Shown here: positions 1 to 13,042 of the stretch, piece after piece
How the letters are laid out: the number at the start of each line of letters is the position of its first letter
Numbering within the stretch: the stretch's first letter is position 1
Source of the DNA: Octopus sinensis
Lineage: Eukaryota
DNA: 64,000 nucleotides
Direction of reading: 5' to 3'
Assembly (NCBI RefSeq): GCF_006345805.1
Contig: NC_042997.1
Span: forward strand, 58,342,001-58,406,000
Position numbers and translations under genes: made by a program
The notes under the pieces: generated by a model
What the model saw: the letters and a program-made list of their open reading frames with translations, nothing else
The model's database searches: none
Told to the model about the DNA's origin: nothing

Positions 1-904
1 ACACTATTGAAAGTACCTTTTAGCCAGATCAATGAGAATAAGCTGATATATGTCTAATAGAATTATACACTAGCTGTAAAGAATTTTGAAATCTTGTCTT
101 TAATCTCACAGCTACTCTCTGTCTCTCTTTCTAACAAACAATTTACTATTAATATACAGTTATTGTTACTTCATTTGCTGTCTTAGGCTCAACTAAGTTG
201 GATCTGATTATGATATATTGCAATGTATCACATTTGTTCAACATTATTAGTAGAGCACCAACAACACAAAGGGCTATGTAAAAAAATAAAATAGAAGAAA
301 AATATTTGCAGGCAAATGTGTGAGTGGAGCTATCTTATTCTAGCTGTATTATTTGAAGATAATTGATAGGAAACATCAGATACTCTTAAATGATTTTAAG
401 GAGAAATTTTAATGAAAAATTCTTGTATCTTTAGTGAATAATTAAATAAATTATATACCTTTTAGACTCAAGCTGTTATATTGTAGAAACTTGGCAGGAG
501 TATGTGAAGAAGAAAGTTTAGGGGTAGGATGATAGTACATTGCAGTTTGTTTAAGTGTAGTGTGTGACAGTCAAGAGCCTTCAATGTAAAAGTAATGGTG
601 TAAATTTTATTGTAAAATTTCTTGAAATTTGAGACATAATACTTGAAGGTGTTCACAGTAACTTATGGTTAGACATAAGCTTTTGGAAATATTTTGTAAT
701 AGAAGATAAGATTGAAGCTCTAAGTTGTTTTAGTTTAACCTATTAATTTATTATCGATCAATTGTTTGTATCTAAATGTATATAAACTCTCTGGATATTC
801 ACCTCATGTTTAGTAATGTCAACCATGTCAGATTTAATGGTACAGTATCCTCTGTGTTATTGTAGAATTCCATAACATGTAACTGATTTTTTAATTGACT
901 CCTC

Positions 905-1862
905 CACTGGCCAAAATAAGTTTAAGACTGATGATGACAGTTCTGTTCATTCATTAATTTATTTTTAACAAAACTGTATTAAAATATTTTACTTTTTTTA
1001 AAGTCTATGTAGAATTTTTTTCTCTTTCAAATGATATAGGTGTTATATATCTTTCTACAATTTGAATAATTTTAATGCGCAATTAATTCAAATGATTAAA
1101 AGTTGTCAGCAAAATAAGTTCAAGACTGTACCAACATTATTTTGTTTAAATTGAAAATTTATGGCACAAATGATGAATGAACAAAAATTCATTATTAGTA
1201 TCTAGTTTCATAGCCATTAATTTCAATTACGGCCTTACAATGGCAGGACATGGGAGTTTGACAAATGAGCACAAAAATCACTTGGAATGTTCTGCCATAT
1301 TTCTTCAATAAAATTATATAATTGGGACAAATTTGTTGCTTTTTTTTAGCATGAACTCTTTTAGCAAGGAGAGCCCATTCTTTGCCAATCTTTGTATTGG
1401 CCAGTGGCTTAGTAAAACTTCTATGCTTGAACACAAGCTGTTTTGCTGCATCCTAATTGCTTGCTAATGTTCATGGAGGACACATTTTACTGATGAAGCA
1501 ACACAATCCTTGATCTAGTAACCGGGCTGATATTATGATGCTTTCTCATAGTGAATTAATGTGTAACAATGCTTGATTATTAAACAAAACAGTACAGTAT
1601 GACCAGTCATATGACCACCCATTTGGTTTATTAATTTGCATAATCTTGAACTTATTTTGCTGACAACTTTTAATCATTTGAATTGCGGATTACAATTATT
1701 CGAATTATAGAAATATATATCATACCTATATTATTCGAAAGAGAAAAAAATTCTACATAGACTGTAAAAAGTAAAATAATTTTTATACAGTTTTGTTTAT
1801 ATAGTTTTATTAACGAAGGAATAGAATTGTTATCATTGGTCTTAAACTTATTTTGGCCAGTG
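905..1862 (-). mobile_element. Internally deleted Tc1-family DNA transposon with ~220-bp IR/DR-type terminal inverted repeats
   Basis: Ends CACTGGCCAAAATAAG (905) and CTTATTTTGGCCAGTG|TA (1862). The inverted arms 905-1125 and 1644-1862 each carry the CAAAATAAGTTYAAGA motif at both ends. The minus-strand interior gives an HTH-like N-terminus (SRIVLLHQ*NVSSMNISKQLGCSKTA) fused to a frameshifted Tc1 C-terminus (EEIWQNIPSDFCAHLSNS/MSCHCKAVIEINGYETRY*). Confidence 0.85.
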
Positions 1863-1884
1863 TATGTTATATGGAGTCAGTCAA

Positions 1885-1950
1885 GCCATTTAGCTTAATT
1901 GTAGAGTACTCAGCCAGTATCAGAGGGGTATGGGTTCGAATCCCTTAGCC
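1885..1950 (+). repeat. tRNA-derived SINE head / tRNA-like relic
   Basis: A-box-like TAGCTTAATTGTAG (1891) and B-box GGTTCGAATCC (1933); no acceptor stem pairing. Confidence 0.45.
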
Positions 1951-2411
1951 ATCTGTTGGCAACTTTTTTTCCGTCTTATAAAGGTAAAATATCCAATCTT
2001 TCTGCTGTTTTCATGGCTATTCTCCTTTTGTAATTTACTTTCTTGTCTGTATAATACTAAACACATTCGACGTTTGTTTATAAAAAGGGAAAATATGTTT
2101 CGTGATATGAAACTGAATGTTATGGCAACATTTTCAGGAAGACAATGCTTTCAGAATGTTGGGGATTCCTGTAATTACATTAAAATATGATGTATATTCT
2201 GAAATAGTTATTCAATGTATTGTATTGTCGAAAGAATATTAACCACTCTGCTGAAATTTTAGTGGAAATTTCAGATCAGGGGAAACTACTCTTGCTAACG
2301 ATTGGTTTTAAATTGTTTATTAGGTTGTAACTTTCTTTTGAGACACTGATTATCAGACATTTTCAGGCTTTATGTTTTTATCATTTTCAGTTCTTTATAA
2401 AATCTGAAAGT

Positions 2412-2784
2412 TCATCATCATCATCATCATCATCAAACGTCTGTTGTCCACGCTGGCATGGGTTGGACGGTTTGACTGGGCTGGCCTGCTGGAAGGCTGC
2501 ACCAGACTCTAGTCTGATTTGGCATAGTTTTCTACGGCTGGATGCCCTTCCTAACGCCAACCACTTTAAGAGTGTAATGGGGGATGTTACATGCTTCTGT
2601 CATGAGTACCAGTTTGTGTGACATTGCCTCTGTGAGGTTCAAAGTTCGAAGATCATGCTCCACCACCTCGTCTCATGTCTACCTCTACTATATGTTCCCC
2701 CTACATTTAGAGATCAGCACTTCTTTACACAACTGTCCTCGTCCATACTCATAACATGACCATAGCAGCGCAAACATTTGACAT
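2412..2784 (-). mobile_element. RTE-clade LINE 3' end fragment with (TGA)n tail
   Basis: Minus strand reads LRCYGHVMSMDEDSCVKKC...RGRHETRW, typical of the RTE ORF end, followed by a 3' UTR and a (TGA)n tail. Confidence 0.7.
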
Positions 2785-3150
2785 AATGTTTAGTGGCATT
2801 TCATCCGCCTTCATGTTCCAAGTTCAAATTCTGCTGAGGTTAACTTTGCCTTTCATCCTTTCAGGGTCAGTGTAATAGACTAGTACCTTCTCCTCCAAAT
2901 TTCAGTCCTGTACCAGTTGTTAAAATGATTGTTATTAATAGTATCATTATCAGTGAAGTATTGATCTAGTAGAATAGACAACTAGAGAAAATGCTTTACA
3001 ATATTTGTTGTTCCAGTAAATATTCTGGGTTCAACTTTCACCACCGTCAACTTTGCTTTTCATCCTTTCAGGATTGATAAAATAAATTACCAGTCAAATG
3101 TTGGGATTGATAGTCTCAACTTACCCTCGACCTTCAAAAATGCAAACTTT
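2785..3150 (+). repeat. Two CpG-decayed fragments of SINE family B
   Basis: gttcaaattctgctgaggttaactttgcctttcatcctttcagg core, equal to the right-half consensus ttcaaattccgccgaggtcgactttgcctttcatcctttcgggg after CpG>TpG/CpA decay. Confidence 0.75.
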
Positions 3151-3159
3151 GAGCTCAGT

Positions 3160-4775
3160 CCTTTAGCATTCAAACCAGCCATATCCGGCCAAACTATTTT
3201 ACCATTTTTATGTTCAAATTGGACAGATCTGGCCTTGAGCACCAACCCTACAATATTCTCCTAAAAATTAACAGTTACATCATCAAAATCTCAAAGTTAC
3301 AAAATAATGCATGATTAGTTCTCCCTCTAAAGTAATCCCTTCTCTTGTTTCTTGAGTACGTATTTCGTACTGTTCTCTAAAATAATTTCTTTCCTGTCAT
3401 GTTCTTTCTTGTTCCTGGTTGCAATGGCTATTCACTGCTATTTCTCTTACACCCTTCGGGCAAAGTCTGCCATCTTCGTCCATTTCTAGCTGTTGCTTCC
3501 ACACTTGTTCCCCCACCTCTCAGACTTTCATTAGTTTATTCCATGTCTTTGACCATTTGATGACACACGAAAATTTACACAGCTAAACTAAGAATTTCTC
3601 TTGTTTTTAATTGCTTCATTCATTCAAACTCATCTATTCTCTAAAGTAATTCTTTCTTGTTTGTTCTGTCCCTAAAATGACTAACCTTGTCTCTTGGCTA
3701 CATGTATCTCTGGGTCCATCTAACTCTTATTCTGTTGACACTAATCACTGTTCTATATTGTATGTTACGTTCTTCACCAGGTAAAAATTCAATATTCGTA
3801 ATCAACTGCCAAGCTCATTCTTGGTGAGTATGAAGTCTATCTGGTTTGCATATTCATCTGATTGGTTGGTGAATTGATGGCTGGTCATCTTCCTGTGGTT
3901 AGTGTTACTGATGGTTAGGTCATTTGTATCATAAAGCTACAAAAGCTTTGTTACCTCTTCATTGCTTGTATTATATCTCTATGTATGTCAGAGTATCCAT
4001 CAGGATGAAGCCAATGTAATTCATTACTGAGATAATCTGCAAGAGCACTTTATAGAGATGATCCCTTTGTTCATATGACTGTTTTGATTAGGTTTTATAT
4101 GTGGAGATCACTGTTGCTGTGGTGTTGTTTTAGATAATTAAGTTTAGACCAGTCATATACAGCACAACATACTCGAGACTATTCATTTCTTAATTCATCT
4201 GTTTCTCTGTGAGCAGAGAAATAGGGAGAAAAGTAATGAAAGAGAGACAAATTGTGCATGATGTAGGAGAGCAAGTCTGGTAGATCTGGCTCTATAGAAA
4301 CCACACTGGTACCCTTTGTGGAAAGAAATCAACTTAATATGATGAATAATGTTGTTGGTCTGTTTGTGATGGTTTCTGTCACTACTGAAATGTTAGAAGT
4401 GCACTTGATAGGCTGGTAGTTGGGAAAGTCAAAAAGGTCTATTAGTTCTAGGTGGAATAAATATACTGAGGCGTACTTCCTTTGGTCCATTGTTGAGAGA
4501 AAAAGGTTGAAGTGTTTTATGAGGACTGAACATTTCAAGAGAATATTGTTCAACACTTTAGGACTCAGACTTTTCTGTCAAATTTGATTTGTATTTATTC
4601 ACATTGTTTTGAATTCATCATGCATTATCTTGTAAATTTGGAGATTTTTATGATGTGCTTGTATATTTTTAGAATGACATTGTAGTGTGGGTGTAAGAGT
4701 CTGGGTCTGGCCAGTTTAAACATAAAACAGGCAGAATATTTGGGACATATATAGCCAGTTTAAATAATAAAGTGT
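3160..4775. mobile_element. piggyBac-type MITE (arms 3160-3320 and 4611-4775) interrupted by an RTE fragment
   Basis: The arms are inverted copies (cctttagcattcaaaccagccatatccggcc / gggacatatatagccagtttaaat). The same family at 21730-21889 ends ...gagggTTAA. Confidence 0.6.
3321..4560 (-). mobile_element. Degenerate RTE-clade LINE AP-endonuclease region
   Basis: Minus-strand remnants NQIDFILTK and LPGEERNIQYRTVIS resemble the RTE APE motifs QIDYIL and PGEEC..QHR; many stops. Confidence 0.6.
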
Positions 4776-5829
4776 CGAGGATGATAGAAGGAACATTGTC
4801 AAGTTCGATCACTTTATTAAACTAAGTGCTCACACTTGCCAACTGTGCATGTAAAGTAGATGGTCTTGAGAGAGGGCGTGTTTAGAAGGTGTGTCAGTGT
4901 GTACATAGAGTGACTCTGTATATTATTATTACTAATACTTAGTTTATTCTCTATGGAAGGGTGAAAAGCAAAGATCTTTCAAGAAAAATATAAACTTAGA
5001 AACTGATTTTGTTCTAGACAAGCATTGATATGATATTCTGATTCTGCAATGTTCTCCAGATTTCCAGCTGTCATGTTCAGATATATATATATATACACAT
5101 ACATACAAAGAAAGAGAAAATGGAGATTGGGAAGTTAATAATTGTTTATTACTAACAGTAAATTAATCATCTTCACTTACAGCTGTTTCAGTTATGTATG
5201 TATGTATGTATGTATGTATGTATGTATGTATGTATATATGTATGTGTGTGTGTGTGCGTGTGTATTATCCTTTCATATGATCTCTTATAATATAAAGTTT
5301 GTTTCAATAAAATATCTCTTGAAAATATTGTAAAACTTCTTAGTTATATGTCATAAATATTAATAAGTATGAAGAATAGGCTTTCTAGTCATATTTGTGT
5401 TAATACTTGAATTTTAATTGTATAAATTAGTAAGTTATATAGATTGCAGTGTATAACATAGTGGCATGGGGGCGGGGGGCTTTGTGTTCCCATGGCTGAA
5501 GTATTGCTACATGACAGCTACAGTCTGTTGAGAGTTTTGATTGTGTCGTTGTTGTTGTCCTACTCTGATTGCGTATGATTAAAAATGTTCCTGCTGTAAT
5601 CAGCCTGTCTCTGTGTATCAGGAATACATTGTCTTTCTTTATTTAACTCATTTAGGTGTGATTTGAGAGAAACTAGACTGTTATTTCTTGCAGGTTGAAG
5701 ATCTTGCAGAAGCTCCTCATTTCTCCATGAAATTTTGATTGTCATTAATAGTTACTGTGTGTATATCTCTCTCTGTAACCATGTGTGTATCCCTATAGCT
5801 GAAATGTCACTATTGTACTTCTGCTACAG

Positions 5830-5921
5830 GTTTGCTGAGAGCAGTGAATGGAAAACTTTTGAGGAACAAATTTCTGAGATGTTGGATGACGAAATTGAAG
5901 TCAAGACAATGAATATTCCAG
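5830..5921 (+). CDS. Internal coding exon of an unidentified protein-coding gene: (R)FAESSEWKTFEEQISEMLDDEIEVKTMNIP(x), 92 nt, phase 2 in / phase 1 out
   Basis: Acceptor ttgtacttctgctacAG| and consensus donor CAG|GTAAGT; stop-free, protein-like acidic peptide; non-repetitive sequence. Confidence 0.75.
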
Positions 5922-6769
5922 GTAAGTTTTATTCATAGTAAATACGTTACAGAGTTTAAAACATACTGTATAGTGTTGACCATGTAGGAGTGCTATCATG
6001 TAAGGGTGCAATTCTTGTTGACATAAAATTTTATGCAATCAAAGGAATATTTTATGCAATCAAGAGGAATTACTGCTAACATAATTCAGACAGTGCTTTA
6101 TTGTGTAATAGACTCCAAGTTGGAGCCTTGTCTTATTGATTCATCAGGGAGTAGTGATTTAGGCCATTATGGAGTATTACTTTGTTTCCATAAAATGTTG
6201 CTAGCATCTAATTGAGCCTATGATAGAGAAATGTTGTATTAGCAATTTATGGAAATATTACCATAAAAGAACAATGCCATGTAGGTACTACCATGTAGCT
6301 TCTATTATGCACATCCCTGGAAGTGACTACATATTGGAATTGCAAGGCTCTTTCACTTTAAATACTATTTGTGGAAACATTGACAATAGAAATGTTTGTT
6401 CCACTACTAAGATTGTATATTGTATGTGGATGACTGATCAAATTAGAATGAGTAAAACAAGTCAATGAAAGGATATAATTCCGATGCAAATTTTTGAAGG
6501 ATGTGGTTCATTGTACAGAAGCTTTCTTTTGTGGATCTCACTACAGGATAACAATATGATTTAGGTGTATTATTACCTTAATTTTATTTTTATTTATTGC
6601 TAATTCATTTTTTAAAGTTTTAATACTTTATTTATTAACAATCGCTTTATTCTCCTACATAAAGTTTGTCATTTTTGGTCAATCCCACCCTTTTACTTGA
6701 TGTAAATCCCAATTATTTTTATTCGTATTTCATTTTTTATCAACTTTTCTTTTCCTCTTTTTGGGGTCA

Positions 6770-7065
6770 ATAAAGTACCAATGAAGTACTGAGGTTGATG
6801 TAATGAGTTTCCCTTCCCTCACAAATTTGAGATCTTGTGTCTATGTAGGAAATTATTGGGCAGTAGATTGGCAGAATCATTAGAATGTCACAAAATGCCT
6901 TACAGCATTTGTTCCTGCTTTTTGGATTCTGAGCTCAAAGCCTACCAAGGTTACTCTTCATCCCTCTAGGATCAGTAAAATAAAGTACCAGTCAAGTACT
7001 TGGACTAATTTAATTGACTAACCACCTTGCCTCAATATTTGTGGCCATGTGCCTGTGTTAGAATC
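6770..7065 (+). repeat. SINE family B fragments (CpG-decayed)
   Basis: ggggtcaataaagtaccaatgaagtactgaggttgatgtaat and ggcagaatcattagaatgtcac...aaagtaccagtcaagtact. Confidence 0.65.
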
Positions 7066-7310
7066 AATTATTATAATTATTAATCATTGTTATTATTGGT
7101 ATTGTTGAAACGTAATTGCCAAGTAGATAAGGTATGAAATTTGTTACCCTCATATCATATGTTCATGTTTACATTGCTTTTGTATGCTTTGTCTGGACAT
7201 GATTTCAGAAGTTTTAGTACCACTGAAATACCAAGTCAGTTCATTTAATTGTAACCCTTCGGTTACCAAAAATCCTGTCTCTACTTAAAATAGCATTATG
7301 GGCATCATCA

Positions 7311-7315
<5 letters not shown>

Positions 7316-7349
<34 letters not shown>

Positions 7350-7625
7350 TCAGAGCTCTTGGTCTTACTTGCTCCAGTTAATTCTCTGAAAGTGGATAGC
7401 AACCTATTGTCAAAGGTCTCTCAGAGTCTCTTTCCATGAATTATAAGACTTAGTACCTAGATGTTAAGTAGTGTGGAAGATACTCAACACCTAAGTACTA
7501 ATCTCAAAATCCTTGCTGTCCCTAATCAATTTTTTTAGTATGCTCTACCCTCATGTCAATTTCAATTTCTTTGCCATATTTCTTGAACTTGGTCATTAGT
7601 GCTCAGAATGCCCTTACAACTAACC
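7316..7625 (-). mobile_element. Dong/R4-type RLE LINE 3' remnant ending in (TAA)n
   Basis: Minus strand ...gattagggacagcaaggattttgag resembles the LLGTARILR end of R4/Dong ORFs; the 3' end abuts the (TTA)n tract at 7316-7348. Confidence 0.5.
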
Positions 7626-7829
7626 CTACAACTTAATATTATTATTAGACAAAAGTAATGGACAGCAAAATCAGTTGAGTGATGGACAAGTTGCCTCGTA
7701 ATATTTAGTTACGTCTTTTTATGGTCTGATTTGAAATCCTTGGAGGTCAGTTTTTATCTTTAATCTCTCTAGGGTTGAAAAAATACATATGGGATTGATA
7801 TAATCAGCTATAGTCCAAGCTTTGTGTTT

Positions 7830-8180
7830 GGATTGGCAGAATTGTTTGAGCATCAGACAAAATTCCTTGCAGTATTTGTTCTGGCTCTTTACATTCTAAG
7901 TTGAAATTTCTCTGAGATCAACTTTGCCTTACATTTCTGGAGTCACTAAAATATAATAACAGTATTGAGGGCAATTTAAATCAAGTAACCCCCTCCCAAA
8001 TTTCAGGCTTGTGTTAAACTCAGAAACAATTATTTTCATTAAGGACTGTGGATCAACTGAAACATTAGAGAATCAGAAAAAAAAAAATCTTTGCGTTTTT
8101 GTTCCATCTTTGTTCCAGCTCTTAACTTTCAGAGTTCAAATCCCACCAAGGTCAGTTTTGCAATTAATCTTTTTCGATGA
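7830..8180 (+). repeat. SINE family B copies
   Basis: ttggcagaattgtttgagcatcagacaaaa...tgagatcaactttgcc; second copy to 8180. Confidence 0.6.
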
Positions 8181-9349
8181 CTATATATCCTTACAAAAAG
8201 GATCTAATGTCAAAAAGAATTTGTCTTTGCAAAATATTGGATTCACTTTCTCATTATATGTGTTTAATACTGAACACGTCAGTTCTGTTTATGAAAAAAT
8301 ATTTTGTCTTAATGTAAATTAATTTGGTGGTTATTACCCAAAATGAATGAGAAGTATGTGTTCAGTAACATGTGCCTACTGATTTTGAGTTTAGTTGAAA
8401 ACATTTTCAAATTAAATATAATTGAAGCCATACATTCTTTTGTCTTATTTTCTTTTTAAAAGCCCTGAAACTTTTGCAGGCCATCTGAGACTGGAGGGTT
8501 GGAAGTGGGGAAGGAATCCTGACCCATTGCATATGACTGTAAGACATAGTCCATCAACATGTACTACCCTCAAGGTAGACAACTGGTCAGAATGTTTGCA
8601 ATACAATAGTCTCTACTCCAGGCACCCATGAGCCAGGTGGTAAACCAGGCTACAAGTTAGGTCTCACGCAAGAATGAATAGAGAGTGATGGGCATTTGCA
8701 AAGGCTCTGTCTTGTTGATTAAATTCGTAAGACTTGGATTGGCTCAAGGCTATTGTGAAAGACTCTTACCTTACAACATTATTTAAAAAGCAGACATCTA
8801 AACTACATGTTCATGCTTTCATTTTTCAGACAATGGTGTATGCCTGACAAAAAAAACACAACAAAAAATCAATGAAAATTACGTAAGATTCTATACATGT
8901 ATCTTTCCATGTATACTTATATACATACATAATCTTATATTCATTGCGAATATAAGATAATCTTATATTCTATTTGCTCAATGCAGTTACCAGACCCTCC
9001 TCAAAACTTTTCTTCCTATCTTTAAAATTGGAATTATATATGCTTAAGTTATACATTTTATGCTAGCATGTGCACAATGAAAATAATATGTAAGGAATTC
9101 TTATGGAATTCTTTTCTGGTTGCCTTTCTCTTTGCTATTTGTCTACTCAGGCAGAGCTAACAAATGTCATATAATATCAAAGGAGTACCTGTATGGCTCC
9201 TCAAGCCACAAAAAATTGCAACCAAACTATCTTTCAAATTTTACCCTATTGTCTTAAAAACACAAAAGCCATTAAAAGAAACCATTATTCACAGGTTTGC
9301 TTGACCTGGGCTGACATGGATTCTAAAGAACAACGGATTTGTCTCTCAC

Positions 9350-9812
9350 TCTCCTTTCACACTCTTGCAAACCCCCTGCCTGCTTACCCTGTCCAATCTT
9401 CAGTACCACTTATATTCACCCTGCTGTACCCTGAGGGTACACCCTGACATATTCTTACCACCATCTTCTCCCTCATTTTCTCTCTCTCTATCTCTCCTTC
9501 ATTTTCTGACTAGGGTAGCTATGTATCTCCTCTACAGCAGACACCTGTTTCTGTCTCTCATCACTTGGCATGATAGCCACCTCTCTCAATACTACTTCCC
9601 CTCTTGGTTGAAGGGTCTTTGTCTTGTCTTGCAAGCTTCTCCAGCGCCATGTAAAAACTACCCTTTACACTCTGTAAAGTGGTTAGCAAAGCAGACACTA
9701 GAACTTGGCTCAGTCTTCTGGCTTTCCAGCTCTGTCAAACCGTCCAACCCATGCCAGCATGGAAAACAGACGTTATTTGGTGATGATAATGTTGATGATG
9801 ATTATGATGGTC
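9350..9812 (+). mobile_element. RTE-related 3' end / RTE-tailed SINE
   Basis: Ends tcaaaccgtccaacccatgccagcatggaaaacagacg followed by a (GAT)n-like tail, the reverse complement of 2412-2470. Confidence 0.6.
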
Positions 9813-9906
9813 ATATTTTAGTTTTGTTGATTAATGTCTAAGATTTAAAGAAACAGAATTACCCAACTAAACAAAACAAAATGAAATATATGATTTCTCT
9901 TTACAG

Positions 9907-9932
9907 CGCATTGGTGGCAGAAAAGTTTCTGA
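9907..9932 (+). CDS. Candidate alternative last exon (phase 1: AHWWQKSF*)
   Basis: Acceptor gatttctctttacAG|; two CpGs retained just downstream in a CpG-depleted region. Confidence 0.3.
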
Positions 9933-11707
9933 AGTGATCGACCCACATATTTTGACCCTGGCAGCCAATCTTTGACTCTGGTTAGCTAGCTAGTAGCTAG
10001 CTTATTGTAATTTGTATTGTAAAGAAATAGAAAAAAAACCCCCAAAAAAACGAAAAAAGAAAAGCATCATGGAAGTTAGTGAAGCATTAATATTCTTAAA
10101 GTGAATGCCAAATTGTGACATTACTTCTACTTATTGGTCCGTTGATTACATCCTTCTTCCATGCAATTTATGTGTTGGTCAGAACCATACCCATTATTAC
10201 CATTATAAAACTTATAAATATGCTTTCAGTGGCTTTCATTTTATGTGTTACTTGTTATTGTTGTTGTGTGTGGAGACAACTCGCAATAATTTTTTTCCTG
10301 AGAAATTTTCCACCATCACTGTATACGGAGTAGTCTATGCATGCATGTGTGTGTGTGTGTGTGCATTATATATTTATATAAAATATATAGCACAAAACTG
10401 CCCTGTTTTTATGTCCAGAATATGTTTGGAAATATAAACAGCCTTGCATTCTTTAAACCAATATCTTAATTTAGCTAAATGTTACTAATGATGGGGGAGA
10501 ATAAAAACAGTTAGCTATGATAATTAACCTATTTAAAAGCATTTAATTATTACGGTAATTTTGTAAAGTCAAGATTGTATAAATGTATGTGTGTGAGAGA
10601 GAGAAAGGGAGAGAGTATATATAAATGTATGTATATTGTATCTGTGAGTGTGTGTGTGTGTATATAAATATATATATATATTATTCACACGTTTGTCATT
10701 ACTTGAGGCATGTGTACTTTGAATGAAAATGAATGGGTGGAAGAGACAGCAGTCTTCTGCACTTGTGATCAGAGAAAAAGGTGACAGTTGTGAAGGAATA
10801 GAAATATTTTAATCTGTCTGTCAGTTTATGTATGTATATATGAACATGTGTGTGTGTGTGTATACATATATATGTATATGATGCATGTATATATGTGTGT
10901 ATATATATATTAATATATACATATATGTATGTATATACGTATATATATATATTAATATATACATATATGTATGTTTATGTGTGTGTGTGTGTGTGTGTAT
11001 ATATATGTGAAATGAATTGATAGTCGAGCATCAAATAAAATGTCTTGTGATATTTGTTCCAGTTCTCTATGTTCTGGCTTCAAGTCTTTCTGAGGTCAGC
11101 TTTGCCTTCCATGTCCTTGTTGGTAAAGTTTTGGGCAGCAGAGTGGTAGACTTGTTAGAATATTGGTGAAAATGCTTTGCAGTATTTGTTCCAGCTCTTT
11201 GTGCACAGGGATGTGTGTTGTGCCTGAATGTAGAAGACAAAATGGTTTCTTACAAAAAATACTCACAAAAGGCAATGGAATTCAACCAAAAGGGGAAAAA
11301 AAAAAATGTTTGAGATATTCAGCTTTCAAATTCCAGAGGAGAATTTGCAAGCTGGATGGTTGAAACATATTTTGCTGACTTAATAAATTATACACTCTAC
11401 CTCAGGTATTGAGTACTCTTCCATTTGTGTGTGTGTTGGGCTTTTTGAGCCATGGTAGTTATCATTGGCAATCCTTCCCCTGCTCTGTTGATTTTATTTG
11501 TTGATGGAATTTTCTATACATTTCGATTGAAGAGAAGAGAGAAATCATTAACAATATTAAATTTTATTGTTATTTAGATTGTTTTTGTTATTCAACTTGA
11601 TGAAAATAATGTGGGTTTTTATTGCATTATAAATATTTTGGTTTATGTGTAATTGAAAGCCGTATTTTAAAAACTGTATTTTATTATCACTGAGTATTTT
11701 CCTTTAG

Positions 11708-11790
11708 GAATAGAAATTACTCTGTACTGTATTTCCTTTATGGAAAGACAACATCCATTTACACAGAAAGAAATAAACCAAAACAAATAA
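11708..11790 (+). CDS. Candidate alternative last exon (phase 1: GIEITLYCISFMERQHPFTQKEINQNK*)
   Basis: Branch-like CACTGAG then tattttcctttAG|; AATAAA motifs follow. Confidence 0.3.
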
Positions 11791-12158
11791 ACAACAATTT
11801 GAACAAAAATGTGAACTGCATTAGTTTATTCTCATTTGCTGGAATGTTAGCATGCATGATAATTTTAGATAGTGAAGGCCAAGTAAGGTTTTAGGGTGTA
11901 TACTTTTATTTGATAGTGATCAGGTTTCTTATTCTGTCTTATTCTATCTAAAACTGTTTGTCTATTTTACATATAGAGGATGGAAAGCATAGGTTGTTGG
12001 GGAAGAACTGCGAAATAGCAATAGCATCAGAATTTATTAGAATGTTTTTCCTTTGTTTTCCTAAATTATAGTTTATTCTTTTTCATTGATTTGAGCTGCT
12101 TCTGTATTATTAAATTTCAGCAATTGTAAAAGTTTGGTTTTATTTATTTTTTTTTAAG

Positions 12159-12187
12159 AACATCTTGGGAAGAGATTGATATATTAA
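12159..12187 (+). CDS. Candidate alternative last exon (phase 1: EHLGKRLIY*), paralogous to 17037
   Basis: Acceptor tttattttttttttaAG|; lies in a segment duplicated at 16930-17262 with the stop at the homologous position. Confidence 0.3.
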
Positions 12188-12614
12188 AAGTACACCAAAC
12201 AATATTGCAAGCAGCATTGAAAACATCCTCTCCTGCTAACTTACTCAACCTCTGTTAGTTTGTTTATTGTTGGATTTGCTCAAAAAACACAATGACTTAA
12301 TGAAAAAGCTGTCAGTCTTGACTCATGGTTGTGTATTTACATTTTAGCTGTAGATGTGTTTTTTTCTTAGGCAAAATATTTAATTCTACATACTAAAACT
12401 ACACAATCCTTATCAACAAAATTATTCTGCTATTCCTGCTAATTACAGTGTTAATTGGTAAAGCTTTGGTTTTACGTTTTGTTATGTTAATTACTTCATT
12501 GAAATTAAATGAATATCTTTATAATATTTTCTTTTGTTGTAGTTTGATGTTTTCTTGGTTTATTCATTGAATCAAACAAATGGCATATTATAATATACTG
12601 TGTTGTTGTTTTTG

Positions 12615-12620
12615 TTTTTG

Positions 12621-12678
<58 letters not shown>
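12615..12678. repeat. (TTG)/(TTA)n microsatellite
   Basis: Direct reading. Confidence 0.95.
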
Positions 12679-13007
12679 GCCCTACATGTGTTCCTTATAC
12701 TTGTTCATGTTGCTATAACTTCATTAGTGTTGGCATCAAATTATTTTCCCCCTTCCTTCTTATCTCCACACAGTCACTCTATCTTTCCACATGCCTATAT
12801 TTGTGCTTCTTAAAGTTGCAATGATTGTGTTACTATGAGAATAACTGTCAGGAATGATATATATTGACATTGCAACAATGTCCATTGTGGTTTGCTGTAC
12901 AAATTATATGCAGGTATGGCCTGTTGCTTGCTCATGTTTGTCTTCAGAGTATTATTGTTTTCTTTCCTTTTGTTTCCTTTTGTTTTGCTTTTGTAATTAT
13001 TTGACAG

Positions 13008-13042
13008 ATTCCTTTGATAAAGAGTTTCTTGTCAAGCTGTAG
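13008..13042 (+). CDS. Candidate alternative last exon (phase 1: DSFDKEFLVKL*)
   Basis: Long pyrimidine tract tttgtttccttttgttttgcttttgtaattatttgacAG|; followed by ~600 nt of unique UTR-like sequence. Confidence 0.4.

Noticed and set aside
1885-1950. Possible tRNA gene (also 32560-32637)
   Set aside because: A/B boxes are present but there is no acceptor stem; these are SINE heads.
5656-5760. Apparent read-through frame CDLRETRLLFLAG-TGA-RSCRSS upstream of the 5830 exon (selenocysteine idea)
   Set aside because: No recognisable selenoprotein motif, no usable donor and no SECIS identified.
5830-5921. Faint resemblance of SSEWKTFEE to the Npl4 SxxWxT motif or to RGS/dDENN helices
   Set aside because: Only a few matching residues and no downstream NZF exon seen; no gene symbol assigned.
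11163-11363. MCVVPEC looks like a THAP-domain start
   Set aside because: The rest of the THAP signature (F.FP, W, C, HF) is absent and the ORF begins inside a SINE.
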